DNA of 64,000 nt from Eledone cirrhosa (lineage: Eukaryota), in the NCBI GenBank assembly GCA_964016885.1, contig OZ024744.1:120280001-120344000 (forward strand). Reading direction: 5' to 3'. Below are positions 1 through 11,297 of this stretch, piece after piece. The position numbers and the translations under genes are program-made. Position 1 is the first letter of the stretch, and each line of letters opens with the position of its first letter. Under the pieces are notes generated by a model. That model was not told the DNA's origin, did no database searches, and was given only the letters and a program-made list of their open reading frames with translations.

Positions 1-479
1 CTCAATTCAGAGATTCTTTCCTGAGATATTCTAACCACATGTCATAGTATCAGACCTGTCATCTCTCAATTTAGAGATTCTTTCATGAGATATTCTAACC
101 ACATGTCATAATATCAGAGCTGTGATCTCTCAATTCAGAGATTCTTTCCTGAGAAATTCTAACCACATGTCTGTAGTATCAGAGCTGTGATCTCTCAATT
201 CAGAGATTCTTTCCTGAGACATTCTAACTCCATGTCCACAGTATCAGAGCTGTGATCTCTCAATTCAGAGATTCTTTCCAGAGACGTTCTAACCACATGT
301 CATAGTATCAGTGCTGTGATCTCTCAATTCAGAGATTCTTTCATGAGATATTCTAACCACATGTCATAGTATCAGAGCTGTGATCTCTCAATTCAGATAT
401 TCTTTCCGCAGACATTTTAACCACATGTCATAGTATCAGAGCTGTGATCTCTCAATTCAGATATTCTCTCCTGAGATAT

Positions 480-3400
480 TCTAACCACATGTCATAGTAT
501 TAGAGCTGTGATCTCTCAATTCAGAGATTCTTTCCTGAGACATTCTAAACACATGTCATAGTATCAGATCTGTGATATCTCAATTCAGAGATTCTTTCCT
601 GAGATATTCTAACCACATGTCATATTATCAGAGCTGTGATCTCTCAATTCAGAGATTCTTTCTTGAGACATTCTAACTCCATGTCCACAGTATCTGAGCT
701 GTGAACTCTCAATTCAGAGATTCTTTCCTCAGACATTCTAACCACATCCCATAGTATCAGAGCTGTGATCTCTCTATTCAGAGATTCTTTCCTGAAACAT
801 TCTAACCACATGTCATAATATCAGATCTGTGATCTCTCAATTCAGAGATTCTTTCCTGAGATATTCTAACCACATGTCATAGTATCAGATCTGTGATCTC
901 TCAATTCAGAGATTCTTTCCTGAGACATTCTAATCACATGTCATAGTATCAGAGCTGTGATCTCTTAATTTAGAGATTCTATCATGAGATAATCTAACCA
1001 CATGTCATAGTATCAGAGCTGTGATCTCTTAATTTAGAGATTATATCATGAGATAATCTAACCACATGTCATAGTATTAGAGCTGTAATCTCTCAATTCA
1101 GAGATTCTTTCCTGAGATATTCTTACCACATGTCATAGTATCAGAGCTGTGATCTCTCAATTTAGAGATTCTTTCCTGAAACATTGTAACATCATGTCAT
1201 AGTATCAGAGCTGTGATCTCTCAATTCAGTGATTCTTTCCTGAGACGTTCTAACCACATGTCATAATATCAGAGCTGTGATATCTCAATTGTGAGATTCT
1301 TTCCTGAGTATTTTAACCACATATCATAGTATCAGAGCTGACATCTTTCAATTCAGAGATTCTTTCCTGAGATATTCTAACCACATGTCATAGTATCAGA
1401 GCTGTGATCTCTCAATTCAGAGATTCTTTCCTGAAACATTCTAACCACGTCATAGTATCAGAGCTGTGATATCTCAATTCAGAGATTCTTTCCTGAGACA
1501 TTCTAATCACATGTCATAGAATCAGAGCTGTGATCTCTCAATTTAGATATTCTTTCCTGAGATATTCTAACCACATGTCATAGTATTAGAGCTGTGATCT
1601 CTCAATTCAGAGATTCTTTCCTGAGACATTCGAACCACATGTCTGTAGTATCAGAGCTGTGAACTCTCAATTCTCAGATTCTTTCCTGAGACATTCTAAC
1701 CACATGTCACAGTATCAGAGCTGTGATCTCTCAATTCAGAGATTCGTTCCTGAGACATTCTAACCACATGTCATAGTATCAGAGCTGTGATATCTCAATT
1801 CAGAGATTCTTTCCTGAGATACTCTAACCACATGTCATAGTATCAGACCTGTCATCTCTCAATTCAGAGATTCTTTCCTGAGACATTCTAACCACATGTC
1901 ATAGTATCAGAGCTGTGATCTCTTTATTTAGAGATTCTTTCATGAGATATTCTAACCTCATGTCATAGTATCAGAGCTGTGATCTCTCAATTCAGAGAGT
2001 CTTTCCTGAGAAATTCTAGCCACATGTCTGTAGTATCAGAGCTGTGATCTCTCAATTCAGAGATTCTTTCCTGAGACGTTCTAACTCCATGTCCACAGTA
2101 TCACAGCTGTGATCTCTCAATTCAGAGATTCTTTCCTGAGTCATTCTAACCACATGTCATAGTATTAGAGCTGTGATCCCTCAATTCAGAGATTCTTTCC
2201 TGAGACGTTCTAACTCCATGTCCACAGTATCAGAGCTGTGATCTCTCAATTTAGATATTCTTTCCTGAGATATTCTAACCACATGTCATATTATTAGAGC
2301 TGTGATCCCTCAATTCAGAGATTCTTTCCTGAGATATTCTAACCACATGTCATAGTATCAGACCTGTCATCTCTCAATTTAGAGATTCTTTCATGAGATA
2401 TTCTAACCACATGTCATAGTATCAGAGCTGTGATCTCTCAATTCAGAGATTCTTTCCTGGGATATTCTAACCACATGTCATAGTATCAGAGCTGTGATCT
2501 CTCAATTCAGATATTCTTTCCGCAGACATGTTAACCACATGTCATAGTATCAGAGCTGTGATCTCTCAATTCAGAGATTCTTTCCTGGGACATTCTAACC
2601 ACATGTCATAGTATTAGAGCTGTGATCTCTCAATTCAGAGATTCTTTCCTGAGACATTCTAACCACATGTCATAGTATCAGAGCTGTCATCTCTCAATTC
2701 AGAGATTCTTTCCTGAGACATTCTAACCACATGTCATAGTATCAGAGCTGTGATCTCTCAATTTAGATATTCTCTCCTGAGATATTCTAACCACATGTCA
2801 TAGTATTAGAGCTGTGATCTCTCAATTCAGAGATTCTTTCCTGAGACATTCTAACCACATGTCTGTAGTATCAGAGCTGTATGCTCTCAATTCAGAGATT
2901 CTTTCCTGAGACATTCGAACCACATGTCATAGTATTGGAGCTGTGATCTCTCAATTCAGAGATTCTTTCCTGAGACATTCTAAACACATGTCATAGTATC
3001 AGATCTGTGATATCTCAATTCAGAGATTATTTCCTGAGATATTCTAACCACATGTCATAGTATCAGAGCTGTGATCTCTCAATTCAGAGATTCTTTCTTG
3101 AGACATTCTAACTCCATGTCCACAGTATCTGAGCTGTGAACTCTCAATTCAGAGATTCTTTCCTCAGACATTCTAACCACATCTCATAGTATCAGAGCTG
3201 TGATCTCTCTATTCAGAGATTCTTTCCTGAAACATTCTAACCACATGTCATAGTATCAGATCTGTGATCTCTCAATTCAGAGATTCTTTCCTGAGATATT
3301 CTAACCACATGTCATAGTATCAGATCTGTGATCTCTCAATTCAGAGATTCTTTCCTGAGACATTCTAATCACATGTCATAGTATCAGAGCTGTGATCTCT

Positions 3401-4580
3401 TAATTTAGAGATTCTATCATGAGATAATCTAACCACATGTCATAGTATCAGAGCTGTGATCTCTTAATTTAGAGATTATATCATGAGATAATCTAACCAC
3501 ATGTCATAGTATTAGAGCTGTAATCTCTCATTTCAGAGATTCTTTCCTGAGACATTCTTACCACATGTCATAGTATCAGAGCTGTGATCTCTTAATTTAG
3601 AGATTCTTTCCTGAAACATTGTAACATCATGTCATAGTATCAGAGCTGTGATCTCTCAATTCAGTGATTCTTTCCTGAGACGTTCTAACCACATGTCATA
3701 ATATCAGAGCTGTGATATCTCAATTGTGAGATTCATTCCTGAGTATTTTAACCACATATCATAGTATCAGAGCTGACATCTTTCAATTCAGAGATTCTTT
3801 CCTGAGATATTCTAACCACATGTCATAGTATCAGAGCTGTGATCTCTCAATTCAGAGATTCTTTCCTGAGACATTCTAACCACGCCATAGTATCAGAGCT
3901 GTGATATCTCAATTCAGAGATTCTTTCCTGAGACATTCTAATCACATGTCATAGAATCAGAGCTGTGATCTCTCAATTTAGATATTCTTTCCTGAGATAT
4001 TCTAACCACATGTCATAGTATTAGAGCTGTGATCTCTCAATTCAGAGATTCTTTCCTGAGACATTCGAACCACATGTCTGTAGTATCAGAGCTGTGAACT
4101 CTCAATTCTCAGATTCTTTCCTGAGACATTCTAACCACATGTCACAGTATCAGAGCTGTGATCTCTCAATTCAGAGATTCGTTCCTGAGACATTCTAACC
4201 ACATGTCATAGTATCAGAGCTGTGATATCTCAATTCAGAGATTCTTTCCTGAGATACTCTAACCACATGTCATAGTATCAGACCTGTCATCTCTCAATTC
4301 AGAGATTCTTTCCTGAGACATTCTAACCACATGTCATAGTATCAGAGCTGTGATCTCTTAATTTAGAGATTCTTTCATGAGATATTCTAACCACATGTCA
4401 TAGTATCAGAGCTGTGATCTCTCAATTCAGAGATTCTTTCCTGAGAAATTCTAGCCACATGTCTGTAGTATCAGAGCTGTGATCTCTCAATTCAGAGATT
4501 CTTTCCTGAGACGTTCTAACTCCATGTCCACAGTATCACAGCTGTGACCTCTCAATTCAGAGATTCTTTCCTGAGTCATT
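480..4580. repeat. Higher-order duplication, period 2435 bp (38 monomers)
   Basis: Diagnostic TCTTGAGACATTCTAACTCC at 661 and 3096, and GAACTCTCAATTCTCAG at 1661 and 4096, are both offset by 2435. The intervening variant order is shared. Confidence 0.88.
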
Positions 4581-7500
4581 CTAACCACATGTCATAGTAT
4601 GAGTGCTCTGATCTCTCAATTCAGATATTCTTTCCTAAGATATTCTGAACACATGTCATAGTATCAGAGCTGTGATCACTCAATTCAGAGATTCTTTCCT
4701 GGGATATTCTAACCACATATCATAGTATCAGAGCTGTGATCTCTCAATTCAGATATTCTTTCCTAAAACATTCTAACCACATGTCATAGGATCAGATTTG
4801 TGATCTCTCAATTTAGAGATTCTTTCCTGAGATATTCTAACCACATCTCATAGGATCAGAGCTGTGATCTCTCAATTCAGAGATTCTTTCCTGAGATATT
4901 CTAACCACATGTCATAGTATCAGAGCTGTGATCTCTCAATTTAGATATTCTTTCCTGAGACATTCTAACCACATGTCATAGGATCAGATTTGTGATCTCT
5001 CAATTTAGAGATTCTTTTCTGAGATATTCTAACCACATGTCATAGTATCAGAGCTGTGATCTCTCAATTCACAGATTCTTTCCTGAGACATTCTTACCAC
5101 ATGTCATAGTATCAGAGCTGTGATCTCTCAATTTAGAGATTCTTTCATGAGACATTCTAACCACATGTCATAGTATCAGAACTGTGATCTCTCAATTCAG
5201 AGATTCTATCCTGAGACATTCTAACCACATGTCATAGTATCAGAGCTGTGATCTCTCAATTTAGAGATTCTTTCATGAGATATTCTAACCACATGTCATA
5301 GTATCAGATCTGTGATCTCTCAATTCAGAGATTCTTTCCTGGGATATTCTAACCACATGTCATAGTATCAGAGCTGTGATCTCTCAATTTAGAGATTCTT
5401 TCCTGAGTCATTCTAACCACATGTCATAGTATCAGATCTGTCATCTCTCAATTCAGAGATTCTTTCCTGAGACATTCGAACCACATGTCTGTAGTATCAG
5501 AGCTGTGAACTCTCAATTCAGAGATTCTTTCCTGGGACATTCTAACCACATGTCATAGTATCAGGGCTGTGATCTCTCAATTCACAGATTCTTTCCTGAA
5601 ACATTCTAACCACATGTCACAGTATCAGAGCTGTGATATCTCAATTCAGAGATTCTTTCCTGAGATATTCTAACCACATGTCATAGTATCAGACCTGTCA
5701 TCTCTCAATTCAGAGATTCTTTCCTGAGACATTCTCACCACATGTCATAGTATCAGAGCTGTGATCTCTCAATTCAGAGATTCTTTCCTGAGACGTTCTA
5801 ACTCCATGTGCACAGTATCAGAGCTGTGATCTCTTATTTCAGAGATTCTTTCCTGAGACATTCTAACCTCATGTCATAGTATCAGTGCTGTGATCTCTCA
5901 ATTCAGATATTCTTTCCTGACACATTCTGACCACATGTCATAGTATCAGAGCTGTGATCTCTCAATTCAGAGATTCTTTACTGGGATATTCTAACCACAT
6001 GTCATAGTATCAGAGCTGTGATCTCTGAATTCAGAGATTCTTTACTGAGACGTTCTTACTGCATGTCATATTATAAGAGCTGTGATCTCTCAATTTAGAG
6101 ATTCTTTCATGAGATATTCTAACCACATGTCATAGTATCAGAGCTCTGTGCTCTCAATTCAGAGATTCTATCCTGAGACATTCTAACCACATGTCATAGT
6201 ATTAGAGCTGTGATCTCCCAATTCAGAGAGTCTTTCCCGAGAAATTCTAACCACATGTCTGTAGTATAAGAGCTGTGATCTCTCAATTCAGAGATTCTTT
6301 CCTGAGACATTCTGACTCCATGTCCACACTATCAGAGCTGTGATCTCTCAATTCAGAGATTCTTTCCTGAGATATTCTAACCACATGTCATAGTATAAGA
6401 GCTTGGATCTCTCAATTCAGAGATTCTTTCCTGAGACGTTCTAACTCCATGTCCACAGTATCACAGCTGTGACCTCTCAATTCAGAGATTCTTTCCTGAG
6501 TCATTCTAACCACATGTCATAGTATGAGTGCTCTGATCTCTCAATTCAGATATTCTTTCCTAAGATATTCTGAACACATGTCATAGTATCAGAGCTGTGA
6601 TCACTCAATTCAGAGATTCTTTCCTGGGATATTCTAACCACATATCATAGTATCAGAGCTGTGATCTCTCAATTCAGATATTCTTTCCTAAAACATTCTA
6701 ACCACATGTCATAGGATCAGATTTGTGATCTCTCAATTTAGAGATTCTTTCCTGAGATATTCTAACCACATCTCATAGGATCAGAGCTGTGATCTCTCAA
6801 TTCAGAGATTCTTTCCTGAGATATTCTAACCACATGTCATAGTATCAGAGCTGTGATCTCTCAATTTAGATATTCTTTCCTGAGACATTCTAACCACATG
6901 TCATAGGATCAGATTTGTGATCTCTCAATTTAGAGATTCTTTTCTGAGATATTCTAACCACATGTCATAGTATCAGAGCTGTGATCTCTCAATTCACAGA
7001 TTCTTTCCTGAGACATTCTTACCACATGTCATAGTATCAGAGCTGTGATCTCTCAATTTAGAGATTCTTTCATGAGACATTCTAACCACATGTCATAGTA
7101 TCAGAACTGTGATCTCTCAATTCAGAGATTCTATCCTGAGACATTCTAACCACATGTCATAGTATCAGAGCTGTGATCTCTCAATTTAGAGATTCTTTCA
7201 TGAGATATTCTAACCACATGTCATAGTATCAGATCTGTGATCTCTCAATTCAGAGATTCTTTCCTGGGATATTCTAACCACATGTCATAGTATCAGAGCT
7301 GTGATCTCTCAATTTAGAGATTCTTTCCTGAGTCATTCTAACCACATGTCATAGTATCAGATCTGTCATCTCTCAATTCAGAGATTCTTTCCTGAGACAT
7401 TCGAACCACATGTCTGTAGTATCAGAGCTGTGAACTCTCAATTCAGAGATTCTTTCCTGGGACATTCTAACCACATGTCATAGTATCAGGGCTGTGATCT

Positions 7501-8335
7501 CTCAATTCACAGATTCTTTCCTGAAACATTCTAACCACATGTCACAGTATCAGAGCTGTGATATCTCAATTCAGAGATTCTTTCCTGAGATATTCTAACC
7601 ACATGTCATAGTATCAGACCTGTCATCTCTCAATTCAGAGATTCTTTCCTGAGACATTCTCACCACATGTCATAGTATCAGAGCTGTGATCTCTCAATTC
7701 AGAGATTCTTTCCTGAGACGTTCTAACTCCATGTGCACAGTATCAGAGCTGTGATCTCTTATTTCAGAGATTCTTTCCTGAGACATTCTAACCTCATGTC
7801 ATAGTATCAGTGCTGTGATCTCTCAATTCAGATATTCTTTCCTGACACATTCTGACCACATGTCATAGTATCAGAGCTGTGATCTCTCAATTCAGAGATT
7901 CTTTACTGGGATATTCTAACCACATGTCATAGTATCAGAGCTGTGATCTCTGAATTCAGAGATTCTTTACTGAGACGTTCTTACTGCATGTCATAGTATA
8001 AGAGCTGTGATCTCTCAATTTAGAGATTCTTTCATGAGATATTCTAACCACATGTTATAGTATCAGAGCTCTGTGCTCTCAATTCAGAGATTCTATCCTG
8101 AGACATTCTAACCACATGTCATAGTATTAGAGCTGTGATCTCCCAATTCAGAGAGTCTTTCCCGAGAAATTCTAACCACATGTCTGTAGTATAAGAGCTG
8201 TGATCTCTCAATTCAGAGATTCTTTCCTGAGACATTCTGACTCCATGTCCACACTATCAGAGCTGTGATCTCTCAATTCAGAGATTCTTTCCTGAGATAT
8301 TCTAACCACATGTCATAGTATAAGAGCTTGGATCT
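4486..8335. repeat. Tandem higher-order duplication, period 1925 bp (30 monomers), two copies: 4486-6410 and 6411-8335
   Basis: GAGTGCTCTG at 4601 and 6526. Both copies end in TATAAGAGCTTGGATCT (ending 6410 and 8335). Only isolated mismatches were seen. Confidence 0.93.
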
Positions 8336-8610
8336 CTCAATTCAGAGATTCTTTCCTGGTATATTCTAACCACATGTAATAGTATCAGAGCTGTGATCTC
8401 TCAATTCAGATATTCTTTCTTAAAACATTCTAACCACATGTCATAGGATCAGAGTTGTGATCTCTCAAATCAGAGATTCTCTCCTGGTATATTCTAACCA
8501 CATGTAATAGTATCAGAGCTGTGATCTCTCAATTCAGATATTCTTTCTTAAAACATTCTAACCACATGTCATAGGATCAGAGTTGTGATCTCTCAAATCA
8601 GAGATTCTCT
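8336..8610. repeat. Local dimer duplication, period 128 bp
   Basis: CCTGGTATATTC...GTAATAG followed by the TTCTTAAAACA...GGATCAGAGTTG monomer occurs twice (CCTGGT at 8355 and 8483). Confidence 0.88.
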
Positions 8611-11297
8611 CCTAAGATATTCTGAACACATGTCATATTATCAGAGCTGTGATCACTCAATTCAGAGATTCTTTCCTGGGATATTCTAACCACATGTCAT
8701 ATTATCAGAGCTGTGATCTCTCAATTCAGATATTCTTTCCTAAAACATTCTAACCACATGTCATAGGATCAGATTTGTGATCTCTCAATTTAGAGATTCT
8801 TTCCTGAGACATTCTAACCACATGTCATAGGATCAGATTTGTGATCTCTCAATTTAGAGATTATTTCCTGAGATATTGTAACCACATGTCATAGTATCAG
8901 AGCTGTGATCTCTCAATTCAGAGATTATTTCATGAGACATTCTAACCACATGTCATAGTATCAGAACCTTGATCTCTCAATTCAGAGATTCTATCCTGAG
9001 ACATTCTAACCACATGTCATAGTATCAGATCTGTGATCTCTCAATTCAGAGATTCTCTCCTGAGATATTCTAACCACATGTCATAGTATCAGAGCTGTCA
9101 TCTCTCAATTCAGAGATTCTTTCCTGAGACATTCTAACCACATGTCATAGTATCAGAGCTGTGATCTCTTAATTTAGAGATTCTTTCATGAGATAATCTA
9201 ACCACATGTCATAGTATCAGAGCTGTGATCTCTCAATTCAGAGATTCTTTCCTGTGACATTCTAACCACATGTCATAGTATTAGAGCTGTGATCTCTCAA
9301 TTCAGAGATTCTTTCCTGAGAAATTCTAACCACATGTCTGTAGTATCAGAGCTGTGATCTCTCAATTCAGAGATTATTTCCTGAGACATTCTAACTCCAT
9401 GTCCACAGTATCAGAGCTGTGATCTCTCAATTCAGAGATTCTTTCCAGAGACGTTCTAACCACATTTCATAGTATCAGTGCTGTGATCTCTCAATTCAGA
9501 GATTCTTTCATGAGATATTCTAACCACATGTCATAGTATCAGAGCTGTGATCTCTTAATTTAGAGATTCTTTCATGAGATAATCTAACCACATGTCATAG
9601 TATCAGAGCTGTGTACTCTCAATTCAGAGATTCTTTCCTGAGACATTCTAACCACATGTCATAGTATTAGAGCCGTGATCCCTCAATTCAGAGATTCTTT
9701 CCTGAGAAATTCTAACCACATATCTGTAGTGTCAGAGCTGTGATCTCTCAATTCAGAGATTATTTCCTGAGACATTCTAACTCCATGTCCACAATATCAG
9801 AGCTGTGATCTCTCAATTCAGAGATTCTTTCCTGGGATATTCTAACCACATGTCATAGTATCAGAGCTGTGATCTCTCAATTCAGATATTCTTTCCTGAG
9901 ACATTTTAACCACATGTCATAGTATCAGATCTGTGATCTCTCAATTCAGAGATTCTTTCCTGGGACATTCTAACCACATGTCATAGTATTAGAGCTGTGA
10001 TCTCTCAATTCAGAGATTCTTTCCTGAGACATTCTAACCACATGTCATAGTATCAGAGCTGTGATATCTCAATTCAGAGATTCTTTCCTGAGATATTCTA
10101 ACCACATGTCATAGTATCAGAGCTGTGATCTCTCAATTCAGAGATTCTTTCTTGAGACATTCTAACTCCATATCCACAGTATCTGAGCTGTGAACTCTCA
10201 ATTCAGAGATTCTTTCCTCAGACATTCTAACCACATCTCATAGTATCAGAGCTGTGATCTCTCTATTCAGAGATTCTTTCCTGAGACATTCTAACCACAT
10301 CTCATAGTATCAGATCTGTGATCTCTCAATTCAGAGATTCTTTCCTGAGATATTCTAACCACATTTCATAGTATCAGATCTGTGATCTCTCAATTCAGAG
10401 ATTCTTTCCTGAGACATTCTAATCACATGTCATAGTATCAGAGCTGTGATCTCTTAATTTAGAGATTCTATCATGAGATAATCTAACCACATGTCATAGT
10501 ATCAGAGCTGTGATCTCTTAATTTAGAGATTATATCATGAGATAATCTAACCACATGTCATAGTATTAGAGCTGTGATCTCTCAATTCAGAGATTCTTTC
10601 CTGAGACATTCTTACCACATGTCATATTATCAGAGCTGTGATCTCTCAATTTAGAGATACTTTCCTGAGACATTCTAACATCATGTCATAGTATCAGAGC
10701 TGTGATCTCTCAATTCAGTGATTCTTTCCTGAGACGTTTTAACCACATGTCATAATATCAGAGCTGTGATATCTCAATTGTGAGATTCTTTCCTGAGTAT
10801 TTTAACCACATATCATAGTATCAGAGCTGTCATCTCTCCATTCAGAGATTCTTTCCTGAGACATTCTAACCACATGTCATAGTATCAGAGCTGTGATCTC
10901 TCAATTTAGAGATTCTTTCATGAGATATTCTAACCACATGTCATAATATCAGAGCTATGATCTCTCAATTCAGAGATTCATTCCTGAGACATTCTAACCA
11001 CATGTCTGTAGTATCAGAGCTGTGATATCTCAATTCAGAGATTCTTTCCTGAGACATTCTAATCACATGTCATAGAATCAGAGATGTGATCTCTCAATTT
11101 AGATATTCTTTCCTGAGATATTCTAACCACATGTCATAGTATTAGAGCTGTGATCTCTCAATTCAGAGATTCTTTCCTGAGACATTCGAACCACATGTCT
11201 GTAGTATCAGAGCTGTGAACTCTCAATTCAGAGATTCTTTCCTGGGACATTCTAACCACATGTCATAGTATCAGGGCTGTGATCTCTCAATTCTCAG

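Noticed and set aside
1-192. Nucleosome phasing by a 192-bp trimer, or transcription-factor motifs (E-box CACATG, STAT-like TTCCTGAGA, GATA-like sites)
   Set aside because: No trimeric variant periodicity is visible, and short motifs arise by chance in any repeated unit. Nothing in the sequence supports function.
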